A DNA stretch of 64,000 bases, from positions 312,901-376,900 of the forward strand of contig JACPDN010000005.1 in NCBI GenBank assembly GCA_016183985.1, in the 5' to 3' direction. Numbering within the stretch: position 1 is the first letter of the stretch; each line of letters starts with the position of its first letter. A model generated the notes under the pieces. It did no database searches, had not been told where the DNA came from, and worked only from the letters and a program-made list of their open reading frames with translations. Of this stretch, positions 18,000 through 26,823 are shown in pieces. The position numbers and the translations under genes are program-made. This DNA is from Pseudomonadota bacterium (GTDB taxonomy: Bacteria > Pseudomonadota > Alphaproteobacteria > Dongiales > Dongiaceae).

Positions 18000-18962
18000 T
18001 TAGCGCACCCCTGGCGCCAGCAATTGCAATGCAGCCGCGTCGGCTTTTTCAACGAAGCTCGGCCCCGTCGCAAAGAGCCCATCCGTCACGACCGGGCGCA
18101 GCTTGTATCGCTTCAGCAGATCGAACATCGCTACCGGCACATAGCCCATCAGATAAGGTTGTGCGTCGATGGTCCACAGCATGCGGCCATCGGCAACCGC
18201 CGCCAGCACTTTTGACGAAATGTCGAAGGCGGCAATCTTGGGTCGCCGATCGCTCGGCATCTTGCCGACCACATCGATAGCGGCCTCGGCGGCCACCGTG
18301 CCTAAGCTCAAGATGAAGTCCGTATCGGGATGGGCTGCGAGATAGGCATCCAGGTCGCGCTCGACCGCGCCCGGCTGCAATGTCGTCCGCATGACCGGCA
18401 CATTGCTGCCAAGGCCACTGCTGAAGCCATGACAGCGGGCCTCGAGACTGACATTGCCGACCTCATGATCGACACAGACCGCGTGCTGGACATTGAGTTC
18501 GCGCGCCCGATGTCCGGCCTCAATGCCGGCACCGAACTCGGACTGGCCCATGAAGAAAAGCGCGCCGAGTTTCTTGGCAAGCGACGGGCTGCCTGAATCG
18601 ATGATGATGACCGGCATCTTGGCGGCGGCTGCCTTGATCGATAATCCCAGCGCTTTCTCGTCCGGCACGGAGACAACCAGACCATCGGGATGCGACGCCG
18701 CGGCCTCGTCGATGAGCTTCTTCATTTCCGCGAGATCGAAGCTTGCCGGCGCACGATATTCGACCGAGATGCCGAGCTTCGCCGCCGCGTCGTTCATGCC
18801 GTTCTTGATGATCGTCCAATAGGGGTCGGCCGGCTGGCCATGGGTCACGAAGACCACGCGTATGCCGGGGCCGGCCTGCGCTGCGGTGACCAACGGGAAC
18901 AACAGCGACAATGAAACGAGAAGCTTGATCAACCAACGGCGACACATCAGTCGCAACCCCAT
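18000..18962 (-). CDS. Sugar ABC transporter periplasmic binding protein (orphan)
   Basis: VVFVTHGQPADPYWTIIKNG, HPDGLVVSVPD, PVIIIDSG, AAFDIS, DAQPYLMGY. Confidence 0.85.
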   Translation of the reverse strand: MGLRLMCRRWLIKLLVSLSLLFPLVTAAQAGPGIRVVFVTHGQPADPYWTIIKNGMNDAAAKLGISVEYRAPASFDLAEMKKLIDEAAASHPDGLVVSVPDEKALGLSIKAAAAKMPVIIIDSGSPSLAKKLGALFFMGQSEFGAGIEAGHRARELNVQHAVCVDHEVGNVSLEARCHGFSSGLGSNVPVMRTTLQPGAVERDLDAYLAAHPDTDFILSLGTVAAEAAIDVVGKMPSDRRPKIAAFDISSKVLAAVADGRMLWTIDAQPYLMGYVPVAMFDLLKRYKLRPVVTDGLFATGPSFVEKADAAALQLLAPGVR

Positions 18963-19179
18963 ATGCCAATATCACCCCGCCAAATTATATCGGCGGCTTT
19001 GTTAACAACATGTGGGCACATTAAGGCGATTCGGATGTGAATCTCCGGTATCGGCGACCTATTTCGGCGTCATCCATCGCCGGAAGAGGACAATGATCCT
19101 TTCGTTGGTCAGCTGCGCCCGCGGAAGTCGTCAATCCCAGTTCTGTTCGCAACCCGCTGCGGCGAAGTGGAAACGTCGA

Positions 19180-19557
19180 TCAGGCGAGGCTTGAACGCAT
19201 GATGGCAAGGCCCAGAAAGACAGCGCCGATCGAGAGCAGGACGGAAGCCAGTACATAAAAGGCAACGGGGCCGACGGCGCCGCGCTCATAAAGCATCGCC
19301 GTGTCGAGCGAGAAGGCCGAGAAGGTCGTGAAGCCGCCGAGAATGCCGGTGGTGAGAAAAAGCCGCCATGACTGGCTCGCCTCCCCCTTAAAGGCGAAGT
19401 ATCCGGCGACAAGGCCCATCGTCAGTGATCCCAGCACATTGATGACCAACGTCCACCAAGGAAAATCGGGACCGAGGACACGCAACGTGGCCGAGTTGAC
19501 GCCATGGCGGATGGCGCCGCCAATGCCCGCCCCGATAAAGACGATGAGATAGTTCAT
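19180..19557 (-). CDS. crcB: Fluoride efflux channel CrcB/FluC
   Basis: GAGIGGAIRH, WTLVINVLGS, TTGILGGFTTFSAFS; start at MNYLIVF with GAGGGGG RBS. Confidence 0.95.
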   Translation of the reverse strand: MNYLIVFIGAGIGGAIRHGVNSATLRVLGPDFPWWTLVINVLGSLTMGLVAGYFAFKGEASQSWRLFLTTGILGGFTTFSAFSLDTAMLYERGAVGPVAFYVLASVLLSIGAVFLGLAIMRSSLA

Positions 19558-19709
19558 GATCGATAGCCCCCTCTTCGTGCCGGCAGAATAGTGATCGACG
19601 ACACGACCGCGGCGCAAGTGGCCACACATCCTGCCTACATGCAGCCGATATGGAAGGCAATGCGGCGGGTGCAAAGCTAATTGCGTTGACGGTAAGGCGC
19701 GACCGGGCC

Positions 19710-20111
19710 CTACACCGCCGATTCAGCACCCCGACCGCGTTGGCGTTGGGCGAGGTATTTGGTGTTGGTGATACGCAGTTCGGTCGCCGTCGTTTCGACC
19801 AGATGATCGATGAGGCGCGTTTCCTCCGGCTTGCCTGCCGCGAACTTTCTCGCGCGGATATCGGCGGCAAGCTGGCGGCGCAGGGCGGCAAGATCGTCGC
19901 CGACATCGCGGCCGTAAAGACGCGCAAAGCTCTGCAACTCGCTGCGGCGCGATTCAGCGGCGCCTTCGAGATCCTGCTTGGCCACCGAAATGGCGCGCGC
20001 AATCATCGCGGCCTGGAATTTCTGGCGGCCGTTCAAGGTCGGCAGCAGATCTTCCTGCAATGTCGTCAGAGCCGCCTCGAGTAGCGCATCGGCGCCCGGT
20101 CGCTGCTTCAT
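19710..20111 (-). CDS. DUF6285/LvaB-like small protein
   Basis: RPGADALLEAALTTLQEDLLP, KFQAAMIARA, ELRITNTKY; overlaps the stop of the APH kinase gene. Confidence 0.65.
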   Translation of the reverse strand: MKQRPGADALLEAALTTLQEDLLPTLNGRQKFQAAMIARAISVAKQDLEGAAESRRSELQSFARLYGRDVGDDLAALRRQLAADIRARKFAAGKPEETRLIDHLVETTATELRITNTKYLAQRQRGRGAESAV

Positions 20112-21187
20112 GCGGCATCTCCTTCTTCATTGCGCTTCTTCGGCACAGGCTTGAAGCCCGGCAGGCGCAGATCGATCAGCAGGTCGTATTCCATTTCCAG
20201 CGAGACCAAGCCAGTCAGCGCCAGCTCCATCGATCGTTCGCGCCCCGAGAGATGCCGCTCTGCCTGCTCCAGCGACATGATGGCCCAGCGCAGCGCAGCC
20301 ATCTGTTCCCAGAAGCGCACCTTGCCATCGTCGACCGGTGCACCACCAGCCGCTTCGTAGCCGGCATAGAAGGCGTCGCGCCGGCCGATGCCGCCGGCCT
20401 CGGCGCTATACATGCCGAAGCGCCAGCAACGGGCGCAGAACCAGCCGAGATCCTCGTAAGGGTCCGACCAGCCGGCGAATTCGAAATCCAGCACGCCGGT
20501 AAGGCCGGCATTCTCGACGAGGTAATTGCCGGTGCGGAAATCGCGGTGACAGAACCGGATGACATCACCGCCGCGTGCATAAGCAGGTGCCTCGTCTTCC
20601 AGGCGGTTGACCGCCCATTCCAGCACCGGCTGCGCTTCAGGCAATGCGTCGAGGCGGCGGCGAAATTCGGCAAGCCGCGCTGCCACCAGATCGGCGGCCG
20701 GTGCCGGCAGGAAGGCGAGATCCGCCTGTGCCGCAGCCGGTGCAATGCGATGAAGCTTGGCAAGTTCGGCGCCAAGCTCTTGTGCCAGGGCATCGCCCTC
20801 CTCTTCCTCCAGCGCCCGCACAAGCTTCCTGGGATCGGCGGAACCGGAAAGGCGCTGCGTCAGGTGAAAGGGCTGGCCGATGACGGATCCTGTTTCCTCC
20901 AGCCACAGAGGCTGCGGCGCCTTGACCCCAGCGGCATGCACCACTTTGAGCAGGGCGAACTCCTGCGCCTTGCCCCAGCTTTCGTCGATACCGGATGGGG
21001 CGTCGGCGCGCAGGATCGCGGCAATGGTCTTGCCATCGATCGCGAGATCGACCGCCCAGTTCTCCTGAATGGCGCCGCCGCCCAGGCGACCGACGAGTTT
21101 GACGGCGACCTCCTTGGCGCCGGTCGCGCGGCGCAGGAATGCCTCGATGGCAGCGATATTATTGGCGAGCATGACGCTCAACCCCAT
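20108..21187 (-). CDS. APH/choline kinase-family phosphotransferase (LvaA-like)
   Basis: GGGAIQENW, AQEFALLK, FCHRDFRTGNY, GVLDFEFAGWSDPYEDLGW; start may be at 21172. Confidence 0.88.
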   Translation of the reverse strand: MGLSVMLANNIAAIEAFLRRATGAKEVAVKLVGRLGGGAIQENWAVDLAIDGKTIAAILRADAPSGIDESWGKAQEFALLKVVHAAGVKAPQPLWLEETGSVIGQPFHLTQRLSGSADPRKLVRALEEEEGDALAQELGAELAKLHRIAPAAAQADLAFLPAPAADLVAARLAEFRRRLDALPEAQPVLEWAVNRLEDEAPAYARGGDVIRFCHRDFRTGNYLVENAGLTGVLDFEFAGWSDPYEDLGWFCARCWRFGMYSAEAGGIGRRDAFYAGYEAAGGAPVDDGKVRFWEQMAALRWAIMSLEQAERHLSGRERSMELALTGLVSLEMEYDLLIDLRLPGFKPVPKKRNEEGDAA

Positions 21188-22377
21188 TTCCAGAAATCGG
21201 CGCCTTCAGCAGCCAAATGCTGCGCCAGGACCATCTTATGCACTTCCGACGCGCCATCGACGAGGCGCGCTTGCCTTGCATAGCGATAAATCCATTCAAG
21301 AATCGTGTCCTTGGAATAGCCCTTGGCACCCAAAAGCTGGATGGCGGTGTCCACGGCCTTGTGCAGGCAGTCAGCCACGGCGACCTTGGCCATCGACACT
21401 TCTTTGCGCGCGCGATGACCGAGATCGAGCTGATAGGCGGCATTGAAGGTGAGCAGCCGGCCCATCTGCACCTGCATCGCGGCTTCGCCCAGCATCCATT
21501 GCACGCCTTCATGTTCCATCAGCTTGGTGCCAAAGGCTTCGCGCGCGCCGACATGCTGGACGGCAATGTCGAGGCAGCGCTTGGAAAGGCCCAGCCAGCG
21601 CATGCAATGCGTCAGCCGTGCAATGCCGAGGCGGATCTGCACAGCCTTCAACCCCTCGCCCACACCCATCAGGCGGTCGGCATCGTCTATCTCGAGCCCG
21701 TCGAATATGAGCTCGCAATGGCCGCCATGCTCTTCCGGCCCCATGATCGGGATGCGGCGTTCGATACGCCAGCCGGGCTGACTGCGGTCGAACAGAAAGG
21801 CCGTGAGGCCGCGGCGTGGATCGTCGGCGGTGCGCGCCAGCAGGATGAAATGCTCGGCCGCTTCACCGCCGGTGATGAACCATTTGTGGCCGCGGATGAT
21901 CCATTTGTTGCCGCGCTTCTCGGCAGTCGTCTTCATCATGCCAGCGGGGTCGGAGCCAGAGCCGGGTGCCGGTTCCGTCATGACGATGGCAGAGCGCACC
22001 TCGCCATGGACGATCGGCATCAACCAGCGCTGCTGCTGCTCGGGAGTTGCCACGCGCGCGAGTAGATGGATGTTGCCGTCATCGGGTGCGGCGATGTTGA
22101 AACAGACGGGACCGAAGATGGAGCGGCCGGCAGCCTCGTAGATCGGGACCAGCTCGGTGAATTTGAGGCCCTTGCCGCCGAGATGTTCGGGCAGCTGGAA
22201 GTTCCACAAGCCGGCCGCCAGCGCCTTGGCGTGAAGCTGCTGCAGCAGTTCCTCACGGATATTCTCGCCGGCGTCGAAACTGGCGCGCTCACGCTCCAGC
22301 GGGATGACGTGTTCGTCGAGGAAGGAATCGATGCGGCGGACGTAGTCGGCAGCGCGCGGGCTGATCGAGAAATCCAT
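21178..22377 (-). CDS. Acyl-CoA dehydrogenase (LvaC-like)
   Basis: FNIAAPDDGN, SAIVMTEP, RGHKWFITG, QIRLGIARLTHCMR, ARLVDGASEVH. Confidence 0.93.
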   Translation of the reverse strand: MDFSISPRAADYVRRIDSFLDEHVIPLERERASFDAGENIREELLQQLHAKALAAGLWNFQLPEHLGGKGLKFTELVPIYEAAGRSIFGPVCFNIAAPDDGNIHLLARVATPEQQQRWLMPIVHGEVRSAIVMTEPAPGSGSDPAGMMKTTAEKRGNKWIIRGHKWFITGGEAAEHFILLARTADDPRRGLTAFLFDRSQPGWRIERRIPIMGPEEHGGHCELIFDGLEIDDADRLMGVGEGLKAVQIRLGIARLTHCMRWLGLSKRCLDIAVQHVGAREAFGTKLMEHEGVQWMLGEAAMQVQMGRLLTFNAAYQLDLGHRARKEVSMAKVAVADCLHKAVDTAIQLLGAKGYSKDTILEWIYRYARQARLVDGASEVHKMVLAQHLAAEGADFWKWG

Positions 22378-22389
22378 GGGTAGGGCTTT

Positions 22390-23154
22390 CTAAAGGCTGG
22401 AATTGAGGTGGCCGCCGTCGACGGTGAGCACGGCGCCGGTCATGTAGCGCGAGGCATCGCCGGCCAAAAGCAGCAGCGGGCCGTCGAGATCCTGCGGGTT
22501 GCCCAAACGCCGTTGCGGGATGCGTTTGACGAGCGCGGCGCCGGCTTCGGTATTGAAGAATGCGTCGTTGAGAGCGGTCCGGATATAGCCCGGGGCCAGC
22601 GCATTGACGCGAATATTGTGTCGCGCCCATTCCAGGGACAGGGCCTTGGTCATCTGGATCATCCCGGCCTTGGAGACGGCATAGGGCAGCGTTTGGGCGG
22701 CGACGCGCTGGCCGAGGATCGAGGCGATATTGATGATGTTGCCCGGGCGCTTTGCCGCCACCCAGCGGCGGGCCGCTTCCTGAGCCGCCAGCCACGCGCC
22801 TTTGAGATTGGTGTCGATGACCTGATCCCAATCGCTGTCGGGGAGTTCCAACGACGGCGTGGTAAGCGAGACTCCGGCATTGTTGATGAGGAGTGAGATC
22901 GGCCCCAGCTCGTTCTCGGCGGCGGCAAAAGCGGCGTTAAGCCCCTTGGCCAGCGTGATGTCGCCAGTGACGGACACAGCCTTCAATCCCCGCGCGCGGA
23001 GCTTCTCAGCCTCGGCAGCGACGACGTCGCCGCGTCGGGCCATCAGGGCCACCGCCGCGCCGGCTTCCGCGAGGACGGATGCGAAATGCCGCCCCAGATC
23101 GCCGGATGCACCGGTCACCAGGGCTACCTGCCCGGAAAGATCGAACGCCGCCAT
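22390..23154 (-). CDS. SDR oxidoreductase (LvaD/FabG-like)
   Basis: TGASGDLG, NNAG, YAVSK, RVNALAPG; start moved to MAAFDLSG. Confidence 0.92.
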   Translation of the reverse strand: MAAFDLSGQVALVTGASGDLGRHFASVLAEAGAAVALMARRGDVVAAEAEKLRARGLKAVSVTGDITLAKGLNAAFAAAENELGPISLLINNAGVSLTTPSLELPDSDWDQVIDTNLKGAWLAAQEAARRWVAAKRPGNIINIASILGQRVAAQTLPYAVSKAGMIQMTKALSLEWARHNIRVNALAPGYIRTALNDAFFNTEAGAALVKRIPQRRLGNPQDLDGPLLLLAGDASRYMTGAVLTVDGGHLNSSL

Positions 23155-23233
23155 CCTCGCCCCTGATCTTCTTATCTTCACGCCGGATGGCACTATGCCC
23201 GGGGGCGACGATGAAGGGAAAGGCTTCGACGTC

Positions 23234-23273
23234 AAAAAATGAAACCCGCCGCGGCCTCGGCCCGGCGGGTTTC
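23234..23273 (-). terminator. Intrinsic terminator closing the intergenic transcript
   Basis: Minus strand GAAACCCGCCG-loop-CGGCGGGTTTC then ATTTTTT. Confidence 0.85.
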
Positions 23274-23592
23274 GCTTTGTCTTTATGTCGCAGGGATCTA
23301 ACTGGGCGGATCGGGATTGAGGAGAACCCACGTTTCACCGCCGCCCTTAGGCCCATGACTGCTGCCCAGAACAGGCAGCATGAGAAAGGCCCCTCGGTAT
23401 CCCTGGTTCTCACATCAGAGATTTCAATCTGCTGTGGTAGCCAGATTGTGGTGTCTTATCGCCGGTGGAGTCATGTTTCTTAGGCACCCTCCTTGGCTTG
23501 GTTGCGGGAAGCACTTCCGCAAAGCCAGCTTGGACCCCCGTCTCCTGGAAGGGGGAAGCGGCGCTGGAAGATCCAGAAATCGCGCGCTTCCC
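23234..23592 (-). ncRNA. Candidate ~350-nt structured non-coding RNA, family not recognised
   Basis: Between a sigma70-like promoter and an intrinsic terminator; no credible ORF; at least 7 local stems and 2 long-range pairings (see findings). Confidence 0.5.
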
Positions 23593-23620
23593 ATCTTGCA
23601 CAGGGGCGCCTAGAAGTCAA
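23593..23620 (-). promoter_or_regulatory. Sigma70-like promoter TTGACT-N16-CAAGAT
   Basis: -35 TTGACT at 23620-23615, -10 CAAGAT at 23598-23593, AT-rich upstream tract. Confidence 0.55.
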
Positions 23621-23672
23621 GAATTACGCAATAAATATGCGCGTATTGCGCAGCATTTATTCCGAATATTAC

Positions 23673-24200
23673 TTACTTCTTGCCGGCCTCGATCGACTTG
23701 CGGATGAGATCAACCGCCTCTTCCGGCTCGGCCCAACGCGAGAACTTCACCCACTTCCCCTTCTCCAGATCCTTGTAATGGCTGAAGAAATGGCGGACCT
23801 GCTCGCGCAGGACTTCCGGCAGGTCGCGATACGAGCTGACGTTCGAATAGAAGGGATGCAGCTTGTCGACCGGCACCGCGATAATCTTTTCATCGCCGCC
23901 GGCCTCGTCTTCCATCATCAGGCAACCGACAGGGCGCGAACGCACGACGGCGCCGGGAACGACGGGGGTGGGCCCCAGGACGATGATGTCCAAGGGATCG
24001 CCGTCGCCACCCAGGGTATGCGGGATGAAGCCATAATTGCCGGGGTAGAACATTGCCGTGTAGAGGAAGCGGTCGACGAACATCGCGCCCGAATCCTTGT
24101 CGAGCTCGTATTTCACCGGCGTGCCGCCGAGCGGAATCTCGATGATCGCGTTGAGGTCGTAAGGCGGGTTCTCGCCGATCTTGATCTTGCTGATATCCAT
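23673..24200 (-). CDS. ppa: Inorganic pyrophosphatase (family I)
   Basis: IIEIP, KYELDK, VDRFLYTAMFYPGNYGFIPHTLGGDGDPLD, DEAGGDEK, HYKDLEKGKW; start at MDISKIK. Confidence 0.97.
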   Translation of the reverse strand: MDISKIKIGENPPYDLNAIIEIPLGGTPVKYELDKDSGAMFVDRFLYTAMFYPGNYGFIPHTLGGDGDPLDIIVLGPTPVVPGAVVRSRPVGCLMMEDEAGGDEKIIAVPVDKLHPFYSNVSSYRDLPEVLREQVRHFFSHYKDLEKGKWVKFSRWAEPEEAVDLIRKSIEAGKK

Positions 24201-24315
24201 GATGGTCTCTTTTTCGGGGCTGCGGCCTGCCAGGCGGCGGGCCTTTGCTGCACTGCAAATAAAGACCAATCCCCCGCCTCTGCAAGAAAAAAGCACGGGG
24301 AAACCGGATGGTCAC

Positions 24316-24356
24316 AAAAAAACCCCGCCGCGGCCAAGACCGCGACGGGGTTTTCT
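24316..24356 (-). terminator. Intrinsic terminator after the glycine-zipper genes
   Basis: AAAACCCCGTCGCGG / CCGCGGCGGGGTTTTTTT on the minus strand. Confidence 0.8.
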
Positions 24357-24371
24357 TGAAAAATCTGGGGC

Positions 24372-24752
24372 TTAGTTCAGGACGTTATAGCCGCGGCCCG
24401 CCATGCAGCGACGATAAACGTCGCGCTGATTCTGGACACCGGTGACCGCGCCACCGCCAAGGCCCAGGGCACCGCCCGAGGCTGCACCGAAGGCAGCGCC
24501 TTCGCCAGCACTGACACCGCCTACGAGGGCACCCGTGATGGCACCGAGGGCAGCACCGGCCGCGGCGCCACCAACGGCGCCCACAGCCGCATCGCCGACC
24601 GGGCTGACCTGGTTGGCGTACTGCTCGCACTCATAATTGTCCTGGGAGTAGCGCGATTGATCGACCCCCTTGGTGTCGACCATCGGCTGGCTGTAGCTGG
24701 AACAAGCCCCCAGCATCGATGCCGTCATCACGGCCGCCACAATACGCTTCAT
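24372..24752 (-). CDS. Glycine-zipper lipoprotein
   Basis: Lipobox LGAC; GAVGGAAAGAALGAITG zipper; C-terminal CMAGRGY. Confidence 0.8.
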   Translation of the reverse strand: MKRIVAAVMTASMLGACSSYSQPMVDTKGVDQSRYSQDNYECEQYANQVSPVGDAAVGAVGGAAAGAALGAITGALVGGVSAGEGAAFGAASGGALGLGGGAVTGVQNQRDVYRRCMAGRGYNVLN

Positions 24753-24923
24753 CTTAGGTGTCCTTTCTTGCTTCTCGTCCCGACGCCGGCCCCCTAGGGT
24801 CCGAAACGCCAGATAGCGCTAAATCACACGCATTATAAAGCGGTTCCCTGCCACCCCGCACACTCAAATTTTAGTGAGCGGGGCACCGCCAAATGCCCCG
24901 AGAGGGGCGGGATTCCAACGATT

Positions 24924-25301
24924 TCAGTAATAGGTGCTGTAGCCGCGGCCGCGCATGCAGTTGTTCAGCACCTGCTTCTGGTTCTGGGTGCCGGTATAAG
25001 CACCGCCAGCCAGCCCCAGGATGCCGCCGGCAGCAGCACCCACCGCGGCACCCTCGCCGACCGAAACGCCCTTGAAGAGCGCGCCGGAGATGGCGCCCAA
25101 GGCGGCACCACCGGCAGCGCCACCCACGGCACCGACCGCGGCATCCTGCACCGGGCTCACTTGGTTGGCATAAGCCTGGCACTCGGCCAGATCCTGATTG
25201 TAGGTATTGGCACCCGCCTGCTGGTAGTAAGGCTGATAGGTCTGCGCGAAAGCGGCCTGGCTTACCAATGAGAAGGCGGCAATAAGAAAAATGTGTTTCA
25301 T
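24924..25301 (-). CDS. Glycine-zipper secreted protein, paralog of the 24372 gene
   Basis: Signal peptide MKHIFLIAAF; shares CxxYANQVSPVxDAAVGAVGGAAxGAALGA and CMxGRGY. Confidence 0.8.
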   Translation of the reverse strand: MKHIFLIAAFSLVSQAAFAQTYQPYYQQAGANTYNQDLAECQAYANQVSPVQDAAVGAVGGAAGGAALGAISGALFKGVSVGEGAAVGAAAGGILGLAGGAYTGTQNQKQVLNNCMRGRGYSTYY

Positions 25302-25461
25302 GGTCTGATCCCTTTCCCAACCGAGTGGAGCCTCGTTGCCCCGTTGCCTTGATAAGTAGCGGGATCGTGGGATTCCGGCAGTGACCGGGAGCACAGGTTC
25401 GGCGTGATACCGCGCACAGATTCAGGGCAAAACGGGCTTTTGCGACCCTAAAGGGGCTGTT

Positions 25462-25926
25462 TCAGTCCCAATGCGGGGTCAGGACGACCATGAGCTGGTC
25501 TACTTCGGCGCCGCTTGAGGATTGCGGCAGCACCACGAATTCGTAGCGGATGATGCGACCGGCATAAGGCACGTTGCGCTGGAAGTATTGCGGCCGCCCT
25601 TCTTCGACGGTGCGACCATAGCTCTCGGCCACCAGGGCATAATAGTCCGGTGGGAAACACTCATCGAGATAACGCTGGGAACAATCGACGCCGAAAAGCT
25701 CGACCTGCCTTGTGCCGTCGAGCCGACACCAGTACCGGCGCGGGCTATCCTCGACATCGTAAAGGCTGATGTCGCCCAGCGCGTATTTCATCTCTATAGG
25801 ATCGAAATCCGAGCGGCGCGGCCAGTTGCGCCCGGCGCGCTTCTCATCCCACAACGCGATGACGCGCTTGAGCACAGGGTGTTCGGCTGCGGCAAGAATG
25901 CCGGCAACGTGCTGGTCCATGTCCAA
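25462..25926 (-). CDS. Stand-alone PAS-domain (PAS_5-like) protein
   Basis: ALWDEKRAGRNWPRRSDFDPIE, RYWCRLDGT, YEFVVLPQSSSG. Confidence 0.75.
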   Translation of the reverse strand: MDMDQHVAGILAAAEHPVLKRVIALWDEKRAGRNWPRRSDFDPIEMKYALGDISLYDVEDSPRRYWCRLDGTRQVELFGVDCSQRYLDECFPPDYYALVAESYGRTVEEGRPQYFQRNVPYAGRIIRYEFVVLPQSSSGAEVDQLMVVLTPHWD

Positions 25927-26052
25927 GCTATCCGCCCCAAGAGTTGGCCAAGTATGGCCAGCTTTTTCCCGGAATCCAGTACCGAAAAGAGCGCAAGCGG
26001 CGCAAAGCTATATACAGCTCTATTGACAGGCCCACCCGGCACGATAGAGAGG

Positions 26053-26823
26053 ATGGAACACAGATTGCGAGGTCCGAACTCCATCATGCGCAAGAGCGGC
26101 AGCACCAAGAAGGCGGTTACACGGGCCAGGAAGACCGCCCCGACAGCGACCGGCGGACGCAACGGGGTTTCCCCCGCACAGATCTACGAGCAATTGCGGC
26201 AGCGGATCGCCACCCGTCTCTACCCGCCGGGAATGCGCCTCAGCGAATCAGAGCTCGCTACCGAATTCGGCCTGAGCCGGACGCCCGTGCGCCAAGCCCT
26301 GCAGCGCCTGTCCACCGATGGCCTTGTCAGCATCAAGAACGGTGTCGGCGTCACCGTGACGGATCTCGACCGCATCGAGATCGACCAGGCCTATTACCTG
26401 CGCTGCCAACTGGCGGCGATGATCGGGCATACCAACCCGCGCCCACTCTCCAGTACCGATATGGCAGCGTTGCAGGACATCGTGGTGCGCGTCAAGGCGA
26501 TGCTGGCCAAGCGCGGAGCAATACCGCTCGGTGACTTTTCCGAGTTGTGCGAGCGCTTCCACAACGTCGTCAACAATGCGATCGGTTCGCGCATGCTGCG
26601 CGACTTCATCGAGATCCTCTATCACCAGACCGATCGTTTCTGGTTCGGCTGGATGAGTGAAGCCGACATGCGCAACGAAGTAACGCAGTTTCTGCATGAG
26701 GTGGAAGAGACGCAGCGCGCCCTGGGGATCAATGATTTCGAGGCTGTCGGCTATATCCGTCGCAACCATATCACCATGATGCTGGCGCGCATGGCGGCCT
26801 TCCGCGATTCCGTGAAGGCCTAA
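26053..26823 (+). CDS. GntR-family (FCD) transcriptional regulator
   Basis: IYEQLRQRIATRLYPPGMRLSESELATEFGLSRTPVRQALQRL; FHNVV in the FCD domain; start at 26053 or 26086. Confidence 0.9.
   Translation: MEHRLRGPNSIMRKSGSTKKAVTRARKTAPTATGGRNGVSPAQIYEQLRQRIATRLYPPGMRLSESELATEFGLSRTPVRQALQRLSTDGLVSIKNGVGVTVTDLDRIEIDQAYYLRCQLAAMIGHTNPRPLSSTDMAALQDIVVRVKAMLAKRGAIPLGDFSELCERFHNVVNNAIGSRMLRDFIEILYHQTDRFWFGWMSEADMRNEVTQFLHEVEETQRALGINDFEAVGYIRRNHITMMLARMAAFRDSVKA

Noticed and set aside
19012-19194. Small ORFs between the sugar SBP and crcB
   Set aside because: No RBS or motifs; the region is better explained as the SBP promoter.
19557-19710. Fluoride riboswitch upstream of crcB
   Set aside because: A hairpin (GGCAGGATGTG...CACTATTCTGCC) is present, but the GGCGATGG...GCTGATGAC consensus is absent.
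23234-23620. tmRNA, RNase P, SRP, 6S or TPP identity for the structured region
   Set aside because: No ANDN-type tag frame or tRNA-like ends, no GAGGAAAGTCC, no SRP loop; only a partial TGAGA..ATACC resemblance to TPP, without GAACCTG.
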